A stretch of DNA of 64,000 nucleotides, from IMG/VR virus record IMGVR_UViG_3300027797_000011. One strand, given 5' to 3'. A program made the translations under genes and the position numbers. Shown in pieces: positions 56,771 through 63,889 of this stretch. Under the pieces are notes generated by a model. That model saw only the letters and a list, made by a program, of their open reading frames with translations, ran no database searches and had not been told where the DNA came from. Positions within the stretch are counted from its first letter, which is position 1; every line of letters starts with the position of its first letter. The stretch comes from a virus. Taxonomy: Duplodnaviria; Heunggongvirae; Uroviricota; Caudoviricetes.

Positions 56771-56844
56771 TGGAGCGGGATACGAGAATCGAACTCGTCA
56801 CTAAACCTTGGCAAGGTTTCGAGATACCACTTCACCAATCCCGC
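56771..56844 (-). tRNA. tRNA-Gly (anticodon GCC)
   Basis: Acceptor GCGGGAU/AUCCCGC; anticodon arm AAACC-UUGCCAA-GGUUU; T-loop UUCGAUU; CCA encoded. Confidence 0.8.
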
Positions 56845-56845
56845 A

Positions 56846-57295
56846 TTACACTTTATTTACTTCTATACCACTCTTGGTTAAAAATTCTACACCGTCTGTA
56901 TTTCTGTATGCTTCCCCGTACCATACACGTTTTATTCCGCTTTGATAAATTAATTTGGCACAATCCAAACAAGGACTATGAGTAATAAACATATCACTGC
57001 CAAGGCCAGATTCGTTTGACTTAGCCAATTTAGCAATCGCATTAGTTTCTGCATGTAATACCTCTGGTCTAGTTTTAAGTTCTTTTATTTCTCGCTGGGG
57101 CACTCCATCGACTAAACCAACAACAACTTCATCTTCACAATTGTTATCCCAACCAGCCGGCATACCGTTATAGCCAATACTAATAATTCTATCATCCTTG
57201 ACCACAATAGCCCCAACATGTAATCTACGAGCATGACTAAGTTCTGCAAACGTTTTTGCAGTCTGCATATAAGCATTGACTAATTTCTGCTTCAT
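56846..57295 (-). CDS. dCMP deaminase
   Basis: Zinc motifs HAETNAI and PCLDCAKLI. 149 aa. Confidence 0.85.
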   Translation of the reverse strand: MKQKLVNAYMQTAKTFAELSHARRLHVGAIVVKDDRIISIGYNGMPAGWDNNCEDEVVVGLVDGVPQREIKELKTRPEVLHAETNAIAKLAKSNESGLGSDMFITHSPCLDCAKLIYQSGIKRVWYGEAYRNTDGVEFLTKSGIEVNKV

Positions 57296-58086
57296 TTTAG
57301 TCCTAATTCTTTTCGAATCTTAGTAGCACTAATATCAGTTATTGTTTCGTCAAATGACTCTTCGCCGGCAGTATACCCTACACCACGGCCCCAACCAATG
57401 TGTACAATGTTAGGAACAACTTGTATTTCATACTGTCCTTGGTATAAGGGATCTAGGTCACGTTTGATAAAACTTTTAACTCTAGCTACTTCAAAAGGAT
57501 TACTGCCTTGCCATCCTTGCACATCACGTACTTGAATAATAACTTGACCAGTCTTAGCAAGCAATCGTTCAAACAAGGCACGATGTCCATCATGCCACGG
57601 TTGCCAACGACCTAGCATCTGTACTGTTTCTTTCTTCCAATCGAATACGGGTCGCTTACGATTATCTATAATATGTGCGGCAATAAACTCACCCCACTTT
57701 TCTGCTTTTTGTTCTGTAATACGGAAGTCATAAACTTCAGGTTCTACAAACATGGCATTTGTATCTGCATAGCGACCTTCACGGATAGTGTCAACCCATA
57801 CAGTCCAATCTGCTTTAAAATTATTACGCATCTCAACTAAGGGTGCAACAAAGTCACAGATAACATAGTCAATGTCTGTTATAGCATCTGCTAGATCACG
57901 CATACGTTTACTTTGACGAATACGTCCAGCTTCACTAAAATCCCAGTCATCGTACTTTTTGCGTACATCGTCAGCGTTAAGCCAACCTACACGTTTCTTT
58001 TCTGCTTGTAGATGTTCTACAATATGTTGTGCTAGATAAGTTTTGCCTGCGCCCGGCAGGCCCATAATTAAAATTCGTTTAGTCAT
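57292..58086 (-). CDS. bifunctional P-loop kinase plus NadM-type NMN adenylyltransferase (probable nicotinamide-riboside kinase / NMNAT NAD salvage fusion)
   Basis: N-terminal Walker A IMGLPGAGKT. C-terminal GRWQPWHDGH matches the NadM NMNAT signature GRFQPFHxGH. 264 aa. Confidence 0.65.
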   Translation of the reverse strand: MTKRILIMGLPGAGKTYLAQHIVEHLQAEKKRVGWLNADDVRKKYDDWDFSEAGRIRQSKRMRDLADAITDIDYVICDFVAPLVEMRNNFKADWTVWVDTIREGRYADTNAMFVEPEVYDFRITEQKAEKWGEFIAAHIIDNRKRPVFDWKKETVQMLGRWQPWHDGHRALFERLLAKTGQVIIQVRDVQGWQGSNPFEVARVKSFIKRDLDPLYQGQYEIQVVPNIVHIGWGRGVGYTAGEESFDETITDISATKIRKELGLK

Positions 58087-58573
58087 TTGTTGGATTTCCG
58101 TTTTCGTCTATTTCTAACCAAGTATGGTCGCCCATGTATTTTACATGCGCCATATACTTATAATCGACAGGAGGACTAGATGACCAATCTAGAGGTCCGT
58201 TCTGTGTAAGCAAAGTATGTTGCTTTCTTTCATCCCAAACTATCCAATATGCGTTACCCATTACCGGTTGAAAAGCATATACCGCTCCGTGTACAGCATC
58301 GGTAATTTCTAATCTACGTTTGATTTGGAGTGCCTGTTTTTCTAGAACAGCAACTAATTCCATAATGCGATCGTATTCTTGCTGGGCATACATCCTAGCA
58401 TGATTAATCATTAGGTCTTTTTGTTTTTCAACAGGGACCATTTCAAACTTTGGTCCGCCCGCTTCGGTGGCATAGGGAGTAACATTCCTATTGAAAAAAG
58501 GAATTATAGATCCCGTGCTGGTCGAATCATAGCTGTTTCGACCCTTGGCCAAGTTAGGTTTTTGTATTTCCAT
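58079..58573 (-). CDS. hypothetical protein (164 aa)
   Basis: ORF track. Confidence 0.55.
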   Translation of the reverse strand: MEIQKPNLAKGRNSYDSTSTGSIIPFFNRNVTPYATEAGGPKFEMVPVEKQKDLMINHARMYAQQEYDRIMELVAVLEKQALQIKRRLEITDAVHGAVYAFQPVMGNAYWIVWDERKQHTLLTQNGPLDWSSSPPVDYKYMAHVKYMGDHTWLEIDENGNPTND

Positions 58574-58712
58574 AATTCACTTTATAGGTGCTCTCTGCGG
58601 CGCTTGAATCCACGGTAGCCCTGCTCTTCATGGCCGGTCCTTGTACATGGTCGACATTGACAAGTATTTCGGTGTTCCATTGTAGCTACTACAGAAAGCA
58701 TTTATAAAATAA

Positions 58713-58832
58713 CTTTATTAAAATATACTTCCAACAAGTGTCTTATGCTTGTTGTACCGTGTGCTATGCACATTTCCTTTGCGAGGCTCCCCCGGGTTTG
58801 GGCAACGTAGACGAAAGTATATTTTAATAAAG
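58713..58832. other. large hairpin (18-bp perfect stem enclosing 84 nt with nested helices) inside a 450-bp non-coding spacer
   Basis: CTTTATTAAAATATACTT at 58713-58730 pairs with AAGTATATTTTAATAAAG at 58815-58832. Inner CAACAAG/CTTGTTG and GTGTGC/GCACAT helices. GC-rich CTCCCCCGGG segment. Confidence 0.45.
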
Positions 58833-59026
58833 TGTCTAGCTACTCACACCACATGAGCCCTAGACTGAGCGGTTACTCTGTCCATAACATTTCTTCTTTT
58901 GGAAAGGTGTTATGCCTCACCCAATGCGTTCCCGGTGACTCTATCATGAGCTCGGATGGTCAATGCACTGAACACCTAGCACTCTCTATGGTAACTGCCC
59001 TACCCCCGTTTATTACGTGTACGGGA

Positions 59027-59563
59027 TCACGGGTTATTTCTTTCCCCGCCAAACAACTCTGTAAACCCTCTTTTCTTAAGAATAGAAGTGTATACTTTAT
59101 CTGCATCATTGTTATATGGAAAACAAAAGGCATGTGGATAGTATCCAAGATTTAACTTAAACCAATACATCATTGCCTCTGTATCACTAATTATAACATC
59201 AATTTTCTTTTGTAATCCCTGTATGATGCCCAGATCAATATGATTATGACCGTGGCCACCAACAGTTACATTAGGATCGAGTGTTAGTTCTTTTAACTGC
59301 TCAACGGTCATATAGTCTTCAAAGTTCCCTGCCCTTGCTTTAGCATGTGCTTCTTCACAAGTGGGAAAATTCAAATTCTGCCTGCTATCTCTGCAATATA
59401 TATTTGAACTAACAAAAAAATACTTGTCTGTATTAATGTTTTTAATCTGCGGCCAATAATAATATTGGCTATACAATCCGTCGTCAAAGGTTAATATATA
59501 ATCTTCTAAGGGAAGATCAAATAAAGCCTCTCCGACTTCATGTATCATTAATACAGGTTTCAT
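59027..59563 (-). CDS. polysaccharide deacetylase (NodB / CE4 family)
   Basis: LTFDDG NodB motif 1; HGHNH. 178 aa. Confidence 0.7.
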   Translation of the reverse strand: MKPVLMIHEVGEALFDLPLEDYILTFDDGLYSQYYYWPQIKNINTDKYFFVSSNIYCRDSRQNLNFPTCEEAHAKARAGNFEDYMTVEQLKELTLDPNVTVGGHGHNHIDLGIIQGLQKKIDVIISDTEAMMYWFKLNLGYYPHAFCFPYNNDADKVYTSILKKRGFTELFGGERNNP

Positions 59564-59836
59564 TTAACCAGTACGGTGAATGATGTGATATCCAAATTGT
59601 GTTTGTACAGGTCCGCTAATATGCCCGATTGGCAGGCTAAAGGTTGCATCTTCAAAAGGCTTAACCATCATACCTGTACTAAACTGTCCTAGATCGCCAC
59701 CGTTCTGTCCGCTTGGGCACTTACTAAAACTACGGGCCACTGCCGCAAAATCTTCCCCAGCAGAGATTTTCTCTTTTAAATCTACTGCCTCTGCCAATGT
59801 GGGCACTAAAATATGACTTGCTCTAACTTGACTCAT
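59564..59836 (-). CDS. parvulin-type peptidyl-prolyl isomerase (PpiC-like)
   Basis: ASHILV...GGDLGQF...GYHIIHR. Start trimmed to the internal Met to clear tRNA-Pro. Confidence 0.65.
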   Translation of the reverse strand: MSQVRASHILVPTLAEAVDLKEKISAGEDFAAVARSFSKCPSGQNGGDLGQFSTGMMVKPFEDATFSLPIGHISGPVQTQFGYHIIHRTG

Positions 59837-59855
59837 TTTATTTCCTTTATTAATA

Positions 59856-59932
59856 TGGTCGGTGTGACACGATTCGAACATGCGACCACTGCGTCCCAAA
59901 CGCAGAGCTCTACCAAGCTGAGCTACACACCG
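59856..59932 (-). tRNA. tRNA-Pro (anticodon GGG)
   Basis: Acceptor CGGUGUG/CACACCG; anticodon arm CUGCG-UUUGGGA-CGCAG; T-loop UUCGAAU; CCA encoded. Confidence 0.8.
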
Positions 59933-60171
59933 TTATTCTTCTTTCTAATTTTCATTCCAACATAAGTTCCGCAAAACGCACCTGCCATTGCCGGAATCAT
60001 CAACCAATGGTTAGTTGTATAATTTATAACTGCTATGCTTCCTAATATATAACATGCTACTGACCAAAAACTTGCTCCCAGCACATTGTCATTTGCTACA
60101 CATCGCAGATAGTAAGTATACACAACGTCAAGTAAAAAAATTGCAAAAAATGTTGTAATGTAATCTATCAT
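59923..60171 (-). CDS. small polytopic membrane protein (82 aa)
   Basis: ORF track; 2-3 TM helices. Confidence 0.45.
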   Translation of the reverse strand: MIDYITTFFAIFLLDVVYTYYLRCVANDNVLGASFWSVACYILGSIAVINYTTNHWLMIPAMAGAFCGTYVGMKIRKKNNGV

Positions 60172-60175
60172 ACTA

Positions 60176-60250
60176 CTGGTACCTGGTCACGGTTTCGAAC
60201 CGCGGACCTTCGCCGTGTAAAGGCGTTGCTCTACCCCTGAGCTAACCAGG
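60176..60250 (-). tRNA. tRNA-Val (anticodon UAC)
   Basis: D-arm UAGCUCAGGGGUAGAGCA; anticodon loop UUUACAC; T-loop UUCGAAA; CCA encoded. Confidence 0.8.
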
Positions 60251-60257
60251 CAATATC

Positions 60258-60494
60258 TTATTCGTCAGTTTTTTCTGCAATATATTCTGCTAGTCTAGCT
60301 TGATATTGTTCTTCTGTCAAGCCGTGCCAACCGCAACAATTACCAGTTGGACTGCGGCCGCAACCGCATGTACCTTTTTTCATTTCTTCTACACTTGGTG
60401 ACATATTTCTCTTTCCAAAAATTGCATCATAGTTATTGCCAAACTTTTCTTGGCTAACACTATATGGACGAGGTCTACTTCCTTTAGACATCAA
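60258..60494 (-). CDS. SEC-C motif zinc-binding small protein
   Basis: CGCGRSPTGNCCGWHG resembles the SecA C-terminal CPCGSGKKYKxCHG metal-binding motif. 78 aa. Confidence 0.5.
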   Translation of the reverse strand: MMSKGSRPRPYSVSQEKFGNNYDAIFGKRNMSPSVEEMKKGTCGCGRSPTGNCCGWHGLTEEQYQARLAEYIAEKTDE

Positions 60495-60676
60495 TCACTT
60501 CCTACATCCGACTCAGTACGAGTCTTTTTCTCCCTGACGGGTTTAATCAACGATGCAAGTTCTGCTTGAACTGTACTACGTAAAAACTCTCCACGCTTAT
60601 GTGGATCAAGGATTTGTGCCGCAAATCGCTTTGCTTGTGAACTCATTTTGTAACTAGGACCTGGTTTAATATACAT
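60491..60676 (-). CDS. hypothetical protein (61 aa)
   Basis: ORF track. Confidence 0.45.
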   Translation of the reverse strand: MYIKPGPSYKMSSQAKRFAAQILDPHKRGEFLRSTVQAELASLIKPVREKKTRTESDVGSD

Positions 60677-60695
60677 TATTACCTCTTAAAAAAAT

Positions 60696-60785
60696 TGGCG
60701 GTGTGACTGAGACTCGAACTCAGAAGCCGGATTACGCCGACCGACAGATTAGCAATCTGCTCTAATACCATTATAGGACCACACC
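60696..60785 (-). tRNA. tRNA-Ser (anticodon GCU), type II
   Basis: Anticodon loop UUGCUAA; long variable arm CGGUCGGCGUAAUCCGGCU; T-arm CUGAG-UUCGAGU-CUCAG; CCA encoded. Confidence 0.8.
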
Positions 60786-60950
60786 AATAATTGATAGCAC
60801 TCGCCGTCTATGACAACGTGTCTATTTAGGAGTCCTGCGCTAACAGTTCCAAAGCATCTAACAGCAGTTATATTAGACTTCGCACCATGCCAGTGGATGT
60901 CGTGTAGTATATGCGTCCATATACGATACCTGCCGAGAGCTATCAATTAT

Positions 60951-61034
60951 TGGTGCCCCAGGTCGGACTCGAACCGACACGCCTTTCGACACTGGCTTCT
61001 AAGACCAGCGTGGCTACCATTACACCACCGGGGC
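60951..61034 (-). tRNA. tRNA-Leu (anticodon UAG), type II
   Basis: Acceptor GCCCCGG; anticodon arm CUGGU-CUUAGAA-GCCAG; long variable arm; T-arm GUCGG-UUCGAGU-CCGAC; CCA encoded. Confidence 0.8.
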
Positions 61035-61107
61035 AAAATTCAACAGGTTAATACTAGTTTAATGACCTAGCAGTCGCCATTTTTAAATCGCTGTAATTAA
61101 CCTAAAC

Positions 61108-61181
61108 TGGTTGCGGGTCCCGGAATCGAACCAGGATCTCGAGCTTATGAGACTCGTGAGTTACCGTTTCTCTAACCCGCG
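61108..61181 (-). tRNA. tRNA-Met (anticodon CAU) with C1-A72 mismatch (initiator-like feature; could also be Ile2/elongator)
   Basis: Anticodon arm CGAGU-CUCAUAA-GCUCG; T-arm CCUGG-UUCGAUU-CCGGG; acceptor CGCGGGU/ACCCGCA; CCA encoded. Confidence 0.7.
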
Positions 61182-61400
61182 ATAATTTTTACTTGCGTCT
61201 TTTTTGAGTTTTAACAAATAATCTTTTCCGATTTTTCCTTCTTCAATTTCTCGTAGGGCTGTAACAATTGGCCCACCTTTCTTACTTACCAAAGGCATGT
61301 GTCCCCGTGTTAATTCCCGGGCACGAATAGATGCAACTAATACTAGATCGTATCTATTACCAATTTGTTCAACTGCTAACTGACTTGTAATACGTGCCAT
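61161..61400 (-). CDS. rpoZ: DNA-directed RNA polymerase omega subunit (RpoZ)
   Basis: MARITSQLAVEQIGNRYDLVLVASIRARELTRG...VTALREIEEG aligns to E. coli RpoZ [33 protein letters not shown]...VIALREIEEG. 79 aa. Last about 20 nt overlap the tRNA-Met 5' end. Confidence 0.8.
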   Translation of the reverse strand: MARITSQLAVEQIGNRYDLVLVASIRARELTRGHMPLVSKKGGPIVTALREIEEGKIGKDYLLKLKKDASKNYRGLEKR

Positions 61401-61458
61401 TGTTTAATTCCTTTATGTATTGATTATACAGTAAATCTAATTTATTGTCAATACCTTT

Positions 61459-61532
61459 TGGTGCTCTAACGTAGAATCGAACTACGATTCCTGTCATACC
61501 AAGACAGTGTTCTTCCATTAAACTATAAGAGC
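61459..61532 (-). tRNA. tRNA-Thr (anticodon GGU)
   Basis: Anticodon arm CUGUC-UUGGUAU-GACAG; T-arm CGUAG-UUCGAUU-CUACG; CCA encoded. One acceptor mismatch at 6-67. Confidence 0.75.
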
Positions 61533-61735
61533 AATGATTGGTACCCCTAGGTACGAAAGCGGTAAATATTTGTATGAAGACATACGAAAGCGTTACCCCC
61601 GGAGGATTACACTTTCATCTATCATTACATGAGGGTGTCTGCATCGTTATGGTTCGAGATATCTACGATATAGAACTAACTGTGCGATATTTTACCAACG
61701 TCAACAAAGCACTTCGCTTTATCAATAATTTGTGA

Positions 61736-62668
61736 TTAGATTATTCCAACAGAGGATAATGTTGTAATTTTTCTAAGAGGCTTGCTTTGTACTTTTGGTT
61801 TGATATCTTCAACAAATGCGTCAAATTGATCAAACGGTATTTTATGTTCTTGACGTCCTTCACCGAAAAATTCCTGAACAATCATTCCTTCGGGACTTTC
61901 TAGAAAAAATATTTGTCCAAATTCATATTCATACGGAATCTTAAAATCCTTTCCGGCTAACTTTAGCACAATATTTTCTTTTATGTCTTTAATCATTTCT
62001 GTTAATGATTGTCTGGTATTGTCCCACATGCAATTTTTATAAGCAAAATTACTGTCAATTTCTTCAACAAAGTCAATAAAATCTTGATTTAACACACGTA
62101 ATAGTTTAAATTCATCTTCATACATGTGATCTGCAATCAAAATATTAACATTCTTAAGAGAAGTTCTTTGTTTAATTTCTCTCATAGTTTGTCTAATCAC
62201 TTGCAAGTATTCACCTTGAAACTCTTCATCAACTACTAGGTTGATTTTTAAGTTGGGAATATTCTTAGCAAAAAGTTCAATATTTTTAAAGTATTTGTCC
62301 GGTAACTTGTTATCTCTTAGCACTTCCATAAAGTGTAAACTGATTGTCATGTAAAACTTGTCTTTGTGCTCAAGACTATCAATAAATCTCTTATAGTGCC
62401 ATGTGCTTAGAGTACCGTTAGTATAGGTATATGTTTTTGCCTTCTCAGTCGCTTGATTTACTAGATGTTGAAATCCTTTAAGCAACAAGGGCTCACCACC
62501 ATTTAAAACAAAACAAGTTTCATCATGGTATAATTCTAAGAGTTTACCAACTTTAGATGTATAATAATTGAAAGGACGTACATCTTGATCAAAATAATTA
62601 TAACAATACTTGCAACCTATATTGCACTTTGTAAACAGTTGATATACTAAGCAGAGTTTCTTTTTCAT
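61736..62668 (-). CDS. radical SAM enzyme (unassigned subfamily)
   Basis: CxxxCxxC cluster CNIGCKYCY and glycine-rich VLNGGEPLL. Start moved to the internal Met (MKKKLCLVYQL) because the longer track ORF would run through the tRNA at 62726..62802. No C-terminal SPASM cysteines. 310 aa. Confidence 0.7.
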   Translation of the reverse strand: MKKKLCLVYQLFTKCNIGCKYCYNYFDQDVRPFNYYTSKVGKLLELYHDETCFVLNGGEPLLLKGFQHLVNQATEKAKTYTYTNGTLSTWHYKRFIDSLEHKDKFYMTISLHFMEVLRDNKLPDKYFKNIELFAKNIPNLKINLVVDEEFQGEYLQVIRQTMREIKQRTSLKNVNILIADHMYEDEFKLLRVLNQDFIDFVEEIDSNFAYKNCMWDNTRQSLTEMIKDIKENIVLKLAGKDFKIPYEYEFGQIFFLESPEGMIVQEFFGEGRQEHKIPFDQFDAFVEDIKPKVQSKPLRKITTLSSVGII

Positions 62669-62725
62669 GTTAAGCCTTATTGGTAACATTCTATTTATTT
62701 CTATTATCTTGGCCAGGACAAGTAA

Positions 62726-62802
62726 TGGTACCCCTGGGCAGATTCGAACCGCCAACCAACAGATTTTAAGTCTATCCGCACTACCAATTAGCGTACAGGG
62801 GC
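62726..62802 (-). tRNA. class-I tRNA with anticodon UAA (Leu anticodon, but only a 5-nt variable loop)
   Basis: Acceptor GCCCCUG/CAGGGGU, discriminator A, CCA. D-arm UACGCUAAUUGGUAGUGCG. Anticodon arm AUAGA-CUUAAAA-UCUGU. Variable UGGUU. T-arm GGCGG-UUCGAAU-CUGCC. Confidence 0.65.
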
Positions 62803-62872
62803 ATTGAATGGGCTTCTCACCCAATTGGCCCTAGACGGACTGTCGATAGTTCTCTTTCACACTATCCTGGTT

Positions 62873-62949
62873 TGGTACCTTCGGGCGGATTCGAACCCCC
62901 AACCACCTGCTTCTAAGGCAAGCCGCACTACCAATTAGCGTACGAAGGC
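62873..62949 (-). tRNA. class-I tRNA with anticodon UAG (Leu anticodon, short variable loop), paralog of 62726..62802
   Basis: Same D-arm UACGCUAAUUGGUAGUGCG; anticodon arm CUUGC-CUUAGAA-GCAGG; variable UGGUU; acceptor GCCUUCG/CGAAGGU; CCA encoded. Confidence 0.65.
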
Positions 62950-63108
62950 ATTATAAGGCGGGAGCCCGACTATCTTGTTGTTAGCAAGCCTCATCGGATT
63001 GTCTCGAACACAAGAGTTTATACTACCTTATAGTCGTCTGCGGTGTCACATGGCCAACCAAAGCCATGCTAGACTATCTGGGACTCATTGTGTCGTCTAT
63101 CCCTAAAC

Positions 63109-63185
63109 TGGTACCCCGTGTCTGATTCGAACAGACAGCCAACTCCTTTTGAGAGAATCCGCACTACCAATTAGCGTAACGGGGC
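63109..63185 (-). tRNA. class-I tRNA with anticodon CAA (Leu anticodon, short variable loop), third paralog
   Basis: Same D-arm; anticodon arm AUUCU-CUCAAAA-GGAGU; variable UGGCU; T-arm GUCUG-UUCGAAU-CAGAC; acceptor GCCCCGU/ACGGGGU; CCA encoded. Confidence 0.65.
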
Positions 63186-63194
63186 ATAAAAACT

Positions 63195-63269
63195 TGGTCC
63201 GGCCTAGAAGAATCGAACTCCTATTCACAGGGTAGAAGCCTATTGTATTTTCCATTATACGAAAGCCGG
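63195..63269 (-). tRNA. tRNA-Arg (anticodon UCU)
   Basis: Anticodon arm AUAGG-CUUCUAC-CCUGU; T-arm AGGAG-UUCGAUU-CUUCU; acceptor CCGGCUU/AGGCCGG; CCA encoded. Confidence 0.7.
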
Positions 63270-63278
63270 AAATAAAAC

Positions 63279-63370
63279 TGGTACCAGCGGAGGGGATCGA
63301 ACCCTCTCAAGAACGCTAATCTGGCGCTAAAAGGCTTATAAGACCTCTCTGACTTCCAAGTCTCGCTGGC
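63279..63370 (-). tRNA. type II tRNA (long variable arm) with unusual anticodon loop CUUAUAA (apparent anticodon UAU); identity uncertain (Leu/Tyr/Ser-derived?)
   Basis: Acceptor GCCAGCG/CGCUGGU, A73, CCA. T-arm GAGGG-UUCGAUC-CCCUC. Variable-arm hairpin AGCGC..GCGUU. Non-standard D-arm. Confidence 0.5.
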
Positions 63371-63377
63371 AATAATT

Positions 63378-63466
63378 TGGCGGGGGGATGGTAGAATCGA
63401 ACTCCAACCTCGTTAAAAGTCCATCTGTTTTCAAGACAGCGCAGGGCCCAGCCCCGATAACCCCCC
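63378..63466 (-). tRNA. tRNA-Ser (anticodon UGA), type II, with imperfect T-stem
   Basis: Acceptor GGGGGG/CCCCCC, discriminator G; anticodon loop CUUGAAA flanked by CUGU/ACAG; long variable region; CCA encoded. Confidence 0.5.
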
Positions 63467-63467
63467 A

Positions 63468-63543
63468 TGGAGCGGGTAGCCGGTATCGAACCGGTCTACT
63501 TCAGTTTGGAAGACTGATGTGTATCCATAAACACCTTACCCGC
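63468..63543 (-). tRNA. tRNA-Gly (anticodon UCC)
   Basis: Acceptor GCGGGUA/UACCCGC; anticodon arm UCAGU-CUUCCAA-ACUGA; T-loop UUCGAUA; CCA encoded. Confidence 0.75.
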
Positions 63544-63548
63544 ATAAT

Positions 63549-63622
63549 TGGTACTTCGTTGGAGAATTGAACTCCCATCTACGCCATGTCACGGCATTGT
63601 TCTGCCATTAAACTACCGAAGC
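63549..63622 (-). tRNA. tRNA-Val (anticodon GAC)
   Basis: Anticodon arm AUGCC-GUGACAU-GGCGU; T-loop UUCAAUU; acceptor GCUUCGG; CCA encoded. Two stem mismatches. Confidence 0.55.
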
Positions 63623-63630
63623 ATTATTTC

Positions 63631-63798
63631 TTTTCTTGTACTTTTCTAAGACTATCTTTCTTTACTAGACAATCTCGTTGTGTGCCATCTTTAAAAACTC
63701 GTAGATATTCTATGCCGTCTATTACACGGATGTCTTTGGTGTCTTTACAATAGAATTTTTCTTTGTTAAAGACATTTTCAAAAAATAATGTTTTCATG
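63631..63798 (-). CDS. small hypothetical protein (about 55 aa)
   Basis: By-eye translation MKTLFFENVFNKEKFYCKDTKDIRVIDGIEYLRVFKDGTQRDCLVKKDSLRKVQEKK between two tRNAs. Confidence 0.35.
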
Positions 63799-63813
63799 AT
63801 CTACTCCTATATA

Positions 63814-63889
63814 TGGCGTCCCTAACGAGATTCGAACTCGTGTACCCAACGTGAAAGGCTGGTGTCCTAGGCCTCTAGACGATAGGGAC
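63814..63889 (-). tRNA. tRNA-Glu (anticodon UUC)
   Basis: GUCCCUAUCGUCUAGAGGCCUAGGACACCAGCCUUUCACGUUGGG...UUCGAAU...UAGGGACGCCA. Near-identical architecture to E. coli tRNA-Glu. Confidence 0.85.

Noticed and set aside
58574-59026. Glutamine (glnA) riboswitch in the long spacer
   Set aside because: I could not find the conserved elements I recall for that motif on either strand. Kept only as an unclassified structured region.
61535-61560. Possible additional tRNA 3' end (TGGTACCCCTAGGTACC)
   Set aside because: No T-loop or cloverleaf can be built. It is a GGTACC/CCTAGG palindromic site. A weak 53-65-aa plus-strand ORF (61538..61735) overlaps it, but with a poor RBS, so it was not called.
61736-62824. 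Radical SAM as PqqE (to pair with the pqqA-like peptide) or as QueE
   Set aside because: No C-terminal SPASM cysteine cluster expected for PqqE. The Cys motif CNIGCKYCY does not match QueE CxxxCxxC context with confidence, and the gene is 14 kb from pqqA. Left as an unassigned radical SAM enzyme. The long track ORF was also trimmed because it would run through a tRNA.
62950-63106. Possible tRNA or sRNA in the 157-bp gap between the UAG and CAA tRNAs
   Set aside because: It contains a CATGGC/GCCATG hairpin and a TTCGAGA-like segment, but no acceptor/T-arm combination. Left unannotated.
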